The notes: a model not told the origin generated them from the sequence alone. 59,687 nucleotides of DNA from a virus (IMGVR_UViG_3300033153_007620:1-59687), one strand, 5' to 3'; positions 1 to 9,686 are shown, numbered from the stretch's first letter. Made by a program: numbers and translations.

Positions 1-1
1 T

Positions 2-757
2 TAATAGTTCTGTGACCACTTTTGTTTGAATTTCTTCTGTGGGATATGCTGCTCTGCAATTCGGATCTCTTGAAATTGTTTCTGCAAAGGCACGAGCCTT
101 ACCAACATCTCCTAATTTTTCTAAAGCTTCTCTACTTATTGTAGTGTTTACTTTAATTTTCTTTTCTGGCAAAGGGGCATCTTTTGATGTACTCCCCTCT
201 AATGCCTTTAATGCTAAATCTATAGTAGTCTTTTTCCAGTTACTACCCAGAAAAGTTTGAATCACAGATCTTCCTATGGAAAGAGGTTGCCCCTCCTGCG
301 ACAATCCCTTTCCCATTGCCACATTAAATCCTTGTTCTTCATTGAACAAATCTCTACACCAATCATCTAATTTATGGTAATCTATATCTTTTGATTTGAT
401 ATGATCTTCAATAAAGGATTTTGCAGATTCCACAGTCTGGTTTATTACTCGCATATCTCGCCCATCAAACTCAAAATTCTCATCTGCCATTATCCTTAGC
501 ATAGTAATATCTGAAAGATCTTTAACAGGAACATCAATTTCCTCTATTTCTAACTCAGTGATGGCTCTAAGTCTATGGTGTCCGTATGCTAGCTGATATT
601 TGGTGCTGTCATCTGGATCTCGCCTAATTAATATGTTACTCCAGAAGCCCGTTTTATTTATCGATATCTTTAAAACCTCAATTTTGCGTTCATCCATGGG
701 ATAGTTGCTCAAATCTCTAAATGGATTTGAGTTTATGTCTTTTACCTTGACTCTCAT
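2..757 (-). CDS. ParB/Srx N-terminal domain protein (runs off window start)
   Basis: Not in ORF track. Hand translation from ATG 757 (SD AGGAGA): MRVKVKDINSNPFRDL...LKISINKTGFWSNILIRR...YQLAYGHHRLRAITEL...MLRIMADEN, a ParB-like GxxRxxA motif. No stop seen in the stretches translated, including the last codons before base 2. Confidence 0.8.
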   Translation of the reverse strand, partial: MRVKVKDINSNPFRDLSNYPMDERKIEVLKISINKTGFWSNILIRRDPDDSTKYQLAYGHHRLRAITELEIEEIDVPVKDLSDITMLRIMADENFEFDGRDMRVINQTVESAKSFIEDHIKSKDIDYHKLDDWCRDLFNEEQGFNVAMGKGLSQEGQPLSIGRSVIQTFLGSNWKKTTIDLALKALEGSTSKDAPLPEKKIKVNTTISREALEKLGDVGKARAFAETISRDPNCRAAYPTEEIQTKVVTELL

Positions 758-922
758 TATATATTCTCCTTTTGTTTTTAATTATCATTTCTATAATTAC
801 CAGAATACTTAAATATAATATATGCTTTTTGTGTTTCTTCCGAAAAATATCCATATCCAAGATTTTTAAAATTATAATCAAGATGATATTCTTTGCAGAA
901 TTTTTCAAATAATACTTTCATG

Positions 923-1243
923 TCAATACTGACCTCTGCTGTATTGAGTAATATCTAAAGGATACACTAATCCAGCAGCTATGTTTTCTTTGATGTCTAT
1001 TTTGATTCCTAACGATTTGCATATACCATCAATGATACTCCCCCTACTCCCTATAAATAATCCCGGTCGGCACATTGTGATTTCATACTTGAGCACTCCG
1101 ATTGTTCTTATATCAGTTATATTCAGAGTGTTTAAAAGTCTGTATGTAGAGTTTAAAGCCTCATCATATTCCTTAGTCTCTAACTCTAATGAAAGAAAAT
1201 AATTTCCTATATCCATTAAAACTCTTTTCTCTTTATCAGTCAT
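923..1243 (-). CDS. Small KH-domain (type II, ribosomal protein S3-like) RNA-binding protein
   Basis: EITMCRPGLFIGSRGSIIDGICKSLGIKIDIKE matches the S3 RPGxxIGxxG KH signature; SD AAGGAG and own promoter. Confidence 0.65.
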   Translation of the reverse strand: MTDKEKRVLMDIGNYFLSLELETKEYDEALNSTYRLLNTLNITDIRTIGVLKYEITMCRPGLFIGSRGSIIDGICKSLGIKIDIKENIAAGLVYPLDITQYSRGQY

Positions 1244-1270
1244 CTTATCTCCTTTTTTATTATATAATTA

Positions 1271-1299
1271 ATAATAACACAGAATGGATGATTTGTCAA
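1271..1299 (-). promoter_or_regulatory. sigma70-type promoter
   Basis: TTGACA-17-TATTAT with TG extension on minus strand. Confidence 0.7.
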
Positions 1300-1400
1300 G
1301 TGTTTATTTCTAAATTATTTTACTATTTTTATTTTAATTTGTTCTGTGTATTTCGATGCGTAAATTTACCCACCGAATTCTATTCTCTCCTTTAATTAGT

Positions 1401-1429
1401 ATTATAGTATAGAATACATGTTATGTCAA
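1401..1429 (-). promoter_or_regulatory. sigma70-type promoter
   Basis: Perfect TTGACA-17-TATAAT on minus strand. Confidence 0.75.
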
Positions 1430-1507
1430 GCGAATTCTTTCTTTCCTTATAATATGTGTGTTGAAAACTGGGTATACGTGGTATACTTAAAGTAAGGAGA
1501 AATAAAA

Positions 1508-1822
1508 ATGAATGAAGAAAAAGGTAGAATTTGTTCTAAATGCAATACATGGAAACCGTATGGTGAATTCCATAAAAGAAAAGATTCTAAAACTGGATAC
1601 AGAGCTGATTGCAAAAGTTGTACTAAAATTAAAAAGGCAGAATATTATAATGATAACAAGGACATTATAAAAGAAAGACATTCAGAGTATTATCAGCAAA
1701 ATAAAGATAAACTTAATAATAATGCAATTGAATACTATAAATTGCATAGAGAAGATGTAAGAATGCAGCAGGCTGAATACTACAAAAGTAGAAAGGAGAT
1801 ATATAATGGGAAGGAAGAGTAA
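1508..1822 (+). CDS. Zn-finger plus Lys/Tyr helical repeat protein (HNH-endonuclease N-terminal fragment, no nuclease domain)
   Basis: CSKC...CKSC module like those of the neighbouring HNH genes; YY..NK repeats; SD AAGGAG. Confidence 0.6.
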   Translation: MNEEKGRICSKCNTWKPYGEFHKRKDSKTGYRADCKSCTKIKKAEYYNDNKDIIKERHSEYYQQNKDKLNNNAIEYYKLHREDVRMQQAEYYKSRKEIYNGKEE

Positions 1823-3155
1823 AGGGAAAGTAGATGAACATGGGAAAGAATGTACTAAATGTGGGATTTACAAATTATATCCTGAATTTAGTAAACGAAA
1901 ATTAGGTATAAATGGGTACAAAAGTATATGTAAAGTATGCGATAATAAAATCCGCACAGAAAAAAGAAGAGCTAAGGGTATTGAAGCAAAGATAGTACAT
2001 AAACCGGAAGATAAAAAGCGCAAATGTAACTATTGTGGTGAGTACAAATTATATCCTGAATTTGCTAAAAAGAAAGGTGGTGTGAATGGTTATACCAGCA
2101 GATGTAAATTATGCCTAAATAAAATCCAAAATGAAAAAAATAAACAAAATAAAATTGAAACAGAACCAGAATACAAGATAGATGAGGGTGGTAGGGAATG
2201 CGTCATATGTCATGAGTATCAGTTGTGGGATGGTTTTTATAAATCTAAAACTGGCATAAATGGACATGAAAGCCGATGTAAAGTTTGCCTAAAAGAACAA
2301 AGAAGAGCTAAAGGAATTAAAGTAAAACCAGAATATAGAATAGATGAGCACGGAAGAGAGTGTACTTGTTGTGGTAAGTATAGGCTGAAGGAAGTATTTA
2401 GTAAAAAGAAAGACAGTGCGAATGGACATGCAAGTAGGTGTAAAATTTGTGTAGCAGAACAAAAGAAAAAATATAATAAAGAGCACAAAGAAGAGATGTC
2501 TAAAAGTAATAAAAAATATCGTGAAGAACATAAAGAAGAGCTAGCAGAATATAATAAAGAATGGTATAAAGATAATAAAGAACATATAGCAGAATATGGT
2601 AAAACTCGGTATGAAGAAAATAAAGAATACATATTAGAACGACAGAAAAAGTATGAGAAAAAGAATAGAGAAAAAACAAATGAACGCAATAGAGGAAGAT
2701 ATAAAAATGATCCAGAATTTAAATTATCAAGCAATCTTCGTAGTAGAGTAGGTATGGCGTTAAGTGCCCAAAATGCCAAAAAGTTCCACCACACAATGGA
2801 TCTTATAGGATGTAGTCCAGCGTTTTTAATGAGTCATCTCAATGATAATCCTAATGGCTTGAAATTCAAAGATGTTAGTATGCATGGGAATCATAATGAT
2901 CACATCCTTGCTTGTGCAAATTTCAACCTGCATGACACATTAGAACGGTTTATCTGTTTCAACTGGAGAAACCTACAATTATTAAAATCTGGTGATAATG
3001 GTACAAAAGGAACAATATTACCAAATAACGCCAAAGAATTGTATAACGAAATAAAAGACAATGTATTGAAAGACCACCCAGAACTAAAACATTTAAGTAA
3101 ATCATGGGATGTTTGGTGTAATAACATAGGTCAAAAGAAAGATAAGCTAAAATAA
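1806..3155 (+). CDS. HNH homing endonuclease with 4 tandem CxxC..CxxC modules
   Basis: C-terminal DHILAC..FNL..CFNWRNLQLL..DN..K; paralogous to 26886, 29991 and 39456. Confidence 0.8.
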   Translation: MGRKSKGKVDEHGKECTKCGIYKLYPEFSKRKLGINGYKSICKVCDNKIRTEKRRAKGIEAKIVHKPEDKKRKCNYCGEYKLYPEFAKKKGGVNGYTSRCKLCLNKIQNEKNKQNKIETEPEYKIDEGGRECVICHEYQLWDGFYKSKTGINGHESRCKVCLKEQRRAKGIKVKPEYRIDEHGRECTCCGKYRLKEVFSKKKDSANGHASRCKICVAEQKKKYNKEHKEEMSKSNKKYREEHKEELAEYNKEWYKDNKEHIAEYGKTRYEENKEYILERQKKYEKKNREKTNERNRGRYKNDPEFKLSSNLRSRVGMALSAQNAKKFHHTMDLIGCSPAFLMSHLNDNPNGLKFKDVSMHGNHNDHILACANFNLHDTLERFICFNWRNLQLLKSGDNGTKGTILPNNAKELYNEIKDNVLKDHPELKHLSKSWDVWCNNIGQKKDKLK

Positions 3156-3183
3156 AGGGGTACCAATTAAGACATCCCCTTTT
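3154..3183. terminator. Bidirectional intrinsic terminator
   Basis: AAAGGGG...CCCCTTTT between convergent genes. Confidence 0.55.
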
Positions 3184-3200
3184 CACATTCTAATGTTATT

Positions 3201-4316
3201 TCAGATTATCTTGCTCTTTTGAATTCTTAAAATTTCCTTTGTGGTTGGAAACAAGTGTATGTTGTGTTTTGTAATGAGATCCTTATTGAAGGCCTCAAAA
3301 ATTTTGTTGCTTTTATTAAAACTTAAGAAACCACTTTTTCTGCTTCCAGCAGTAGTAGTTGCTTCTATAAACGTAAGAAATTCAAATATAAAAGTATTGA
3401 AGTTTGTAATCTTCTCACGATAAATTTTCCGCCATGAATACAACTCATCCAATAACACTTCTCGTTGAATTCTGTACTTTTTATGTGTTCTCAGAATATT
3501 CTTCTGGATTTCCAGCTTCTCATTTGCGGTTGCTTCTCCTGTGACTGACAAAATTTTATAAGCTCGGCGTAAAACAGTTGCGGAAATATTCAGATCCTTT
3601 ATATCATCCATCGTAGTTCTTACTTTTAACACGCCATGTTTATATACATTAAAGTATTCAGAATGTCCACCTTTATACGATGTAAAAAAATTGCTTAATG
3701 ATTTTGGAAGACCACTCTTTGTTTCAGGTTTATAAGCAGGATCGAATTTAAACATATATTGTTCAATAATAGATTCTATCTCAGATAAGGTGAATTTTGT
3801 AGCAGTATCTTTCCATTCAGCTTTATTTCCTGTTAGTAAATCATCTATATAAGAAAGGATCTGAGAAATGGTTTTAGTTTGAATTTCCCCATATGGTTTA
3901 ATAGCGTGAGTTGAAGTCTGTTTAAAAGAATTCCAGTGGTGTATAATTTGTGTTGCTCTAAAGTATTGATCATGGGTGTATTTTGGTTTATACTCTTTAT
4001 CATTTACTACCATAATTCCCTTTTTGGTTAAAAGGTATGAATAGGTATTCTGGCTAAACAGGTCCTTATCTTCTACTTTAGATAGAAACCCATCAGTTAA
4101 TAATTTTTCCAGAGTAGATCTCACATTCCTTCTATTATTAAATAATGCAGGAAATCTTTCATATAGAAATGTGGCAGATGAATGTTCTTTTGTTTTATCT
4201 ATTTCTTTTAATAGGATAAACTCAAGGATACCTATCTTATTTTTCAGTAGTATTTCTTGATTAATTTTGATTGTTATAAATTCAGATGTATTGTCCTTTT
4301 CTGTAGAATATATCAT
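3201..4316 (-). CDS. Winged-helix protein, possible replication initiator
   Basis: N-terminal MarR/wHTH-like pattern (RRNVRSTLEKLLTDGFLSK...YLLTKKG); context. Confidence 0.4.
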   Translation of the reverse strand: MIYSTEKDNTSEFITIKINQEILLKNKIGILEFILLKEIDKTKEHSSATFLYERFPALFNNRRNVRSTLEKLLTDGFLSKVEDKDLFSQNTYSYLLTKKGIMVVNDKEYKPKYTHDQYFRATQIIHHWNSFKQTSTHAIKPYGEIQTKTISQILSYIDDLLTGNKAEWKDTATKFTLSEIESIIEQYMFKFDPAYKPETKSGLPKSLSNFFTSYKGGHSEYFNVYKHGVLKVRTTMDDIKDLNISATVLRRAYKILSVTGEATANEKLEIQKNILRTHKKYRIQREVLLDELYSWRKIYREKITNFNTFIFEFLTFIEATTTAGSRKSGFLSFNKSNKIFEAFNKDLITKHNIHLFPTTKEILRIQKSKII

Positions 4317-4545
4317 TTCTTTTCTCCTTTGTACAGTATGTACTTCATATATTCAGTTGTATTATATCCTGCTGAATAAAATCTTAGAAAGCTCCGTTGT
4401 TGTTTTTCAGGATTTATCCTGAGGAACCATACTGAGAAACGAATGATATCAACTTGTTTGATTCATGAGTTTCGAATGTATGCTTATTATAGTATTCCTT
4501 ATTAGTACCCTAGAGCCTTTGGGTCTACCATATTTTGTATAGCCA

Positions 4546-4932
4546 TTATTGCCCTTTCACTGGGAAAATATACAGATCTTTAGTCGTATCTGCTATATGA
4601 AAAAATACACGCTTCCTCCCGTCTCCCTGTTCTATAAAACGATCAATTAAACCCAAAGCATCCAGATCTTTCAAATCCTTCTTTAGCATTTTCGTTGTGT
4701 AATGAGTCCCTTTCAATCTTTTCAATATCACTGAATAACTAATCCACTTGTATAATTTTCCTCCCATTGTAAACTTGTCCGAATTCCTATAGAAATTGCT
4801 TATCTGAATAATTATCTTCAATACTAACAATTGTCGCACTTCTATTTTGAATGGGAGTTCTTCTAATTTACTACAAACAAAACCTTCTATGTTTTGTTCA
4901 ATCTGTTGCTCCTGTTTCTTTTTTGCTTGCAT
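4546..4932 (-). CDS. Winged-helix DNA-binding protein (replication-associated)
   Basis: YKWISYSVILKRL..TTKMLKKDLKDLDALGLIDR wHTH pattern; SD AGGAGG. Confidence 0.5.
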   Translation of the reverse strand: MQAKKKQEQQIEQNIEGFVCSKLEELPFKIEVRQLLVLKIIIQISNFYRNSDKFTMGGKLYKWISYSVILKRLKGTHYTTKMLKKDLKDLDALGLIDRFIEQGDGRKRVFFHIADTTKDLYIFPVKGQ

Positions 4933-4993
4933 ATTTGCCTCCTTCTACCAAGACTAACACAGTATATTAAATGTATCAAGCTTTTTCTTTCAT

Positions 4994-5347
4994 CTAAAAC
5001 TCCCATGCCCATCGCCTTTCATCAAAGTAATAAAACATATACACTAAATTCTGACAATTATTTCCATTGCTTTTATTTGTATAAGCCCATACTAGTGGAA
5101 AATATAAACTATTTGTATTTTCATAAAAAGATGTTCCGAAATTTTCTATTTTCAAAGTTTTATATGTAGAAGACATAACTCCACAGTCATCTTTAAAATC
5201 CTGATCACTTTCCACAGTAAGTTTAGTTCCCTTATTACTTGTACCAATACTAAAGGTTACTTGCTTTCCAATCATATCTGAAATAATACCATTCAGTTCT
5301 TCCCAGTCTGCATTCTCTATAATTCCTTTTACTAATGTTTCATTCAT
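4994..5347 (-). CDS. Hypothetical protein
   Basis: SD AAGGAG, upstream promoter. Confidence 0.6.
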   Translation of the reverse strand: MNETLVKGIIENADWEELNGIISDMIGKQVTFSIGTSNKGTKLTVESDQDFKDDCGVMSSTYKTLKIENFGTSFYENTNSLYFPLVWAYTNKSNGNNCQNLVYMFYYFDERRWAWEF

Positions 5348-5375
5348 TTATATCTCCTTATTTAATATATTAACT

Positions 5376-5404
5376 ACTATAACACACCAGAATTATTTTG
5401 TCAA
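5376..5404 (-). promoter_or_regulatory. sigma70-type promoter (leftward)
   Basis: TTGACA-17-TATAGT with TG extension. Confidence 0.7.
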
Positions 5405-5521
5405 GAGAATTCTATAAAAACATTAGTAAGGGTACCCTACAAATAACCACACCCCCCATAGCATTACCTCTGAAAGTATCACAACGTACCCTACTGAATA
5501 GGGGTATCATATCTTAAGGGA

Positions 5522-5555
5522 CCCCCTATCCTCCCCCATTCCCCACATATTCCCC
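5522..5555 (-). other. G-quadruplex-forming motif in divergent intergenic region
   Basis: Plus strand C5-N6-C5-N3-C4-N7-C4. Confidence 0.5.
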
Positions 5556-5593
5556 ACATAACCTACTATTCCCACAATCACTAAATAAAAGAC

Positions 5594-5622
5594 TTGACAG
5601 ATTCCTGATATCATGCTATACT
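5594..5622 (+). promoter_or_regulatory. sigma70-type promoter (rightward)
   Basis: TTGACA-17-TATACT with TG extension. Confidence 0.7.
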
Positions 5623-5660
5623 ATATATAATCTCAAATAAAAAACAAAAGGATCTCAACA

Positions 5661-6095
5661 ATGAACGAATATAAGGCAATATACATAGATTTAGAAAAGG
5701 ACAATCTCATTTCTCTACAAGAACTAGCACAAATACTTTCAGTATCCATAAATGAACTAAGGGATATCTGTCGTGAAAAGAACGTAGGAAAGATCACTGC
5801 CGACGGAAATATCTTTATTGACAATAATATCATTGATTTCTTCGATGGGGATTTATATATGTTAAAAATCTATGTTGAACACAAAAATATAGAAGATGAA
5901 GTGCTTGAGTATATAAAGGCACATGACAAGACAACCGTAATAAAAATTGCCAATGATACGAATCTGGGGCGTGAAGTGGTGCAACGTATTTTAGTAGTGC
6001 TTACTTGGAAATATCCAGAGCTGTGGGAGATGTCTATTGGTAAGACCGATTTTCTATTTTATGGGAGTGAAAAATATGTTGACAGTGGAAGCTAA
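5661..6095 (+). CDS. Double HTH DNA-binding protein
   Basis: LISLQELAQILSVSINELRDIC (excisionase-like HTH) and a second HTH (TTVIKIANDTNLGREVVQRIL). Confidence 0.55.
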   Translation: MNEYKAIYIDLEKDNLISLQELAQILSVSINELRDICREKNVGKITADGNIFIDNNIIDFFDGDLYMLKIYVEHKNIEDEVLEYIKAHDKTTVIKIANDTNLGREVVQRILVVLTWKYPELWEMSIGKTDFLFYGSEKYVDSGS

Positions 6096-6389
6096 ATTTT
6101 CTTAAAGTATTGCTGACGGCGAGGGAGAAAATAAAAATACCGGAGGGAGCCTCAACACATCATAAATGGTGCTCTCAAAGTATTCAAAAATCCCCCATTT
6201 TTAAAATGGAACGCAATATATTCCTGAATTCGCAAAAATTGTATAGACGTGTTCCCCTCGTTCCCTGCAATAAAATACAGTTAACATTTGTCTTTTCAAC
6301 CTTTACTTTATATTAATCTTATAACTAAAATTAGTCAATAGAAATAAAAAAGAATTCCATTATTCAGGAATTCCTTTTATTTTAATAAA

Positions 6390-6653
6390 TTAATTATTTA
6401 TCCCTTTTACATGCTTATAAAAAATAGACATAATCACATAATATATTCTTTTAATCTTTTTATCATCTTCTCTCCATAATAAACGCGTGAGTTCATTCCT
6501 TGTATTCCTAAAAATTTGATTCAATCTTTTAATTTCTTTTTTTTGATTCCTTATTTTAGTGTTAAGTACATTTTTAGAATTAATATATAATTCTATTAAT
6601 TCAATTTTTTCTAATTTATTTAAATTCTCAATAGTCCTATTATCAATATTCAT
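6390..6653 (-). CDS. Hypothetical early protein
   Basis: SD AAGGGG; hairpin/terminator downstream at about 6346-6380. Confidence 0.55.
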   Translation of the reverse strand: MNIDNRTIENLNKLEKIELIELYINSKNVLNTKIRNQKKEIKRLNQIFRNTRNELTRLLWREDDKKIKRIYYVIMSIFYKHVKGINN

Positions 6654-6814
6654 AATTTCCCCTTTTAATATAATATACCTTAATAATAATCATTTTATAG
6701 TAATAGTCAAGATATATATTAATTTATATGTCTTTTTTATTTTTTGTTTATTTGCTTGACAATATTTAAAAAAGGAATTAACTTTCTATTATATTAAATT
6801 AAGGGGAAAATTTT

Positions 6815-7234
6815 ATGTTACAATTATTACAATTGGATTATCAGAGCACTATAAATTGTATTAAAAATGAAATTCAATCAGATATAACAAAATTATGTGA
6901 TCAAACCGGAATGTCATTTTTTGCAGGCATGGGATATTATGGGATCATTACTGGAATCAGGTATCCACATCAAAATGATTGTTTATCTTTAGATTATAAT
7001 AATCTCAAAAATTTGGATTTTAAGAGTTATTTATTAGATAAAAATATTTTTCATTCTGAAGAAATTTTAATCAGAAATAAAAAATTAAAATATTTATATA
7101 AAAATTGGTTACCATTTTTAAAATTAGTGAATGAAATTCAAACTGAAATAAATCAGCCGTTTTTAATATCATTGATAGAAAATGATTATAGAAATCAAAA
7201 TATTTTAGTTGAGGATTTTTATATTAGAGATTGA
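6815..7234 (+). CDS. Hypothetical early protein
   Basis: TATATTAAATTAAGGGG leader. Confidence 0.6.
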   Translation: MLQLLQLDYQSTINCIKNEIQSDITKLCDQTGMSFFAGMGYYGIITGIRYPHQNDCLSLDYNNLKNLDFKSYLLDKNIFHSEEILIRNKKLKYLYKNWLPFLKLVNEIQTEINQPFLISLIENDYRNQNILVEDFYIRD

Positions 7235-7282
7235 CATTATTTTAATAATAATGATAATATAAATTAAGGGGATAAAAAAAAT

Positions 7283-7618
7283 ATGAAAAAAATTAGATTG
7301 CAGGGAAAAACAGAAATTAGAAATAGATTGATAAAAAATTATAAATTCAGCATTACCGATCAACTAAATACTTTAGCTATTTATAATGATGGTGCATTTT
7401 ATTTTTATCAGAATTCGGAGTGTATAAGATCACAAATTTTGAGCAGCAGTGTAAGAAATATTTTAAATTCATTAGTTGCTATAGATTATGGACAAGGAAA
7501 TTTAAAATCATTTAATAAAAATATTACTAAAATGTTTAATGAGATTGACACGTTTTTAAATAGTGACTATGATGAAAATATATATTATTCAATTTATCAA
7601 TTGATTGATAGTATGTAA
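7283..7618 (+). CDS. Hypothetical early protein
   Basis: ATAAATTAAGGGG leader; TTGACA overlaps previous stop. Confidence 0.6.
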   Translation: MKKIRLQGKTEIRNRLIKNYKFSITDQLNTLAIYNDGAFYFYQNSECIRSQILSSSVRNILNSLVAIDYGQGNLKSFNKNITKMFNEIDTFLNSDYDENIYYSIYQLIDSM

Positions 7619-7644
7619 ACTATATTAAATTAAGGGGGATAAAA

Positions 7645-7920
7645 ATGAGAGTGAAAAATATGCTGAGTGATGCAGGAAATAGAATTGCAAATCAATTTAT
7701 TATTATGGATGATGAAAATAAAATTGTTTATTTTCAAAGTTATAATATTATTATTGTAAAAAGAGATGATAAAACCGGACAAATTACACTCGACACTGAA
7801 AAATGGGATTATTCAGCAACTACCGGGAAATATAGAAATTTGTTTTTAAATGAAACAATAGCCGAAACAAGAAAAAAAATAAAAACAGGTTTATATAAAT
7901 TAGAAAATTTAAATAAGTAG
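7645..7920 (+). CDS. Conserved phage hypothetical protein (NQFII..FQSY..WDYSxTTGKYRNxFL type)
   Basis: Motif familiar from phage early regions; TATATTAAATTAAGGGGG leader. Confidence 0.65.
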   Translation: MRVKNMLSDAGNRIANQFIIMDDENKIVYFQSYNIIIVKRDDKTGQITLDTEKWDYSATTGKYRNLFLNETIAETRKKIKTGLYKLENLNK

Positions 7921-7997
7921 TTGACTTATAGGATACACTATATTAATATCTATAGTGTATCTATATAAATTAATTATTTTATGGAGTGGTAAAAATG
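7918..7997 (+). repeat. Hairpin-promoter/RBS module copy 1
   Basis: TAGTTGACTTAT..GATACACTA..TAGTGTATC.TATATAAATTAATTATTTTATGGAGTGGTAAAAATG. Confidence 0.9.
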
Positions 7998-8615
7998 GAA
8001 AAAAAGAAAACAGATTTTAACAGTAATGTAAATCAAAACATTAAACAGAAATTCGTAGGACAGCATATTTATTGTAATGTGAGTATGATGTTACAGGAAT
8101 TACAGGAATTGAATCAATTAGATTCTGAGAGGGGGGTAAACATTTTTGATCATGTTACTCCGTACGGAATTTTTGAAGATGCTGAAATTGATGAAACGGA
8201 AGTTAACGAAAAAATTGACGAAATTCAGGATAAAATTTCAGAGCTTGAAGAGATCGCAGATTATTACGGAGACAAATCACTGGAATTCTGTTCTGAAGAT
8301 GCAGGAAACAATTATGATATATTGGAGGAAAAAGGAAACAATTTAATTTTAAAATTGGAAGATAAAATTACAGAATTAGAAGAAATGGAATTTGACCAAT
8401 ATCCTGAAATTTTAGAATATTATACAGTTAGTGATTTTTTAGCTAATAAATTAAAAGAAAATAATCATATAATAATAGATGTTTATTACTGTAAAATATG
8501 GGGACGTGGAACCAGTGGGCAGGCTATTTTATTAGATAATGTTATTTCAGAAATTTGTAATGATATGCAAATTCTTGAGGGTCAATCTTATTCATGGGCA
8601 AAAAAGGAGGATTGA
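7995..8615 (+). CDS. Acidic early protein (EILEYYTVSDFLANKL...IWGRGTSGQAILLD type)
   Basis: Start moved to ATG 7995 after GGAG SD; D/E-rich. Confidence 0.7.
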   Translation: MEKKKTDFNSNVNQNIKQKFVGQHIYCNVSMMLQELQELNQLDSERGVNIFDHVTPYGIFEDAEIDETEVNEKIDEIQDKISELEEIADYYGDKSLEFCSEDAGNNYDILEEKGNNLILKLEDKITELEEMEFDQYPEILEYYTVSDFLANKLKENNHIIIDVYYCKIWGRGTSGQAILLDNVISEICNDMQILEGQSYSWAKKED

Positions 8616-8764
8616 ATTTGATATATATTTTAGTTTTTATTATTGTCTATGCTCCATATTTTATTATTAATCGTATTGTAAAAATACACGATAGTAAAAT
8701 AAATAGTATAGAGTCACGAATTCAAAATATTAGTAATGCTATGAAAAATAAAGGAGAATAGAAA

Positions 8765-8854
8765 ATGAGTAAAAAAAATTATAATAAACAGAATAGAAAA
8801 TTAAAACGAGATTTAAAACAGGGAAACTATAATAAAAAAATTAAAAATAGTTGA
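8765..8854 (+). CDS. Small basic peptide (29 aa)
   Basis: SD AAGGAG; MSKKNYNKQNRKLKRDLKQGNYNKKIKNS; stop lies inside the next TTGACT. Confidence 0.4.
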   Translation: MSKKNYNKQNRKLKRDLKQGNYNKKIKNS

Positions 8855-8927
8855 CTTATACGATACACTAATATATTATTGTTAGTGTATCTATATAAAT
8901 TAATTATTTTATGGAGTGGTAAAAATG
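8848..8927 (+). repeat. Hairpin-promoter/RBS module copy 2
   Basis: Near-identical to 7918-7997; TTGACT-17-TATTAT. Confidence 0.9.
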
Positions 8928-9686
8928 GAATATATAGAATTTAGTAAGAGATTAAAAACAGAAATGAAAAATTGCAAGATTAACGGCTATGCAAATATTA
9001 AAAAAACAGCTCAGTATTTGCATGTTATCCTAGAAAATGCAAAATATAGTAGTAATTTGTCGGGAAGTTGTACATTTTCTGAAAATGTAAAATTGTATAA
9101 AAAACATCATTTTGCTGGCATTGACGATTGTAAAAATATAATAACCGAAATTCTTAAAATTGATTATAATGTATATAAGGATTATGATAAAATAATAAAT
9201 CTTTTAAATATATCTGACAGTGAAATTTCTGACTTGTGGTATTTATGGATTAAAAACAGTCAAAGATATATAAATGATGTTTTAAGAGGATATTGTACAG
9301 AGGATAAAAAAGAAATGGAAATTCTTAAAACAATAGAAAAAAAATCGATTGGCTTTTACGGTCGATCAGGCGGTTATATTGGTTTTAATTCTGAATATAA
9401 ATTTGACGACATAGAATATATTATTGATTTAATAGAAAATAATGAGATAAACGAGGAATTTGACTACAGTACACTACAATCTGATATTGTTACAAATTTT
9501 GAAATTATCGCAGGATATAAATTGATACTGGAAGATATAAAAGTTATTGTTGAAAATTCTTCATTTTTAGATGAATTAAAATACAGATATACTATTGAAA
9601 TAGAGAATAATAAAGCAATCCAGAAAATCATTATAAATGAATGCAAGCAGCAGGAATTTAGTTTTGAACCGGAAATTAATTTTTAA
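8925..9686 (+). CDS. Hypothetical early protein (IGFYGRSGGY motif)
   Basis: Start at module ATG 8925. Confidence 0.65.
   Translation: MEYIEFSKRLKTEMKNCKINGYANIKKTAQYLHVILENAKYSSNLSGSCTFSENVKLYKKHHFAGIDDCKNIITEILKIDYNVYKDYDKIINLLNISDSEISDLWYLWIKNSQRYINDVLRGYCTEDKKEMEILKTIEKKSIGFYGRSGGYIGFNSEYKFDDIEYIIDLIENNEINEEFDYSTLQSDIVTNFEIIAGYKLILEDIKVIVENSSFLDELKYRYTIEIENNKAIQKIIINECKQQEFSFEPEINF

Noticed and set aside
2237-2794. Antisense ORFs inside HNH, TMP and gpJ genes (e.g. 2237-2794, 42056-42526, 48159-48617, 49422-49832)
   Set aside because: Shadow frames of strongly coding genes with no SD and low-complexity S/L/F translations
4320-4546. Gene between the two winged-helix ORFs
   Set aside because: ATG at 4546 closes after 14 codons and the other frames are interrupted; at most a decayed remnant
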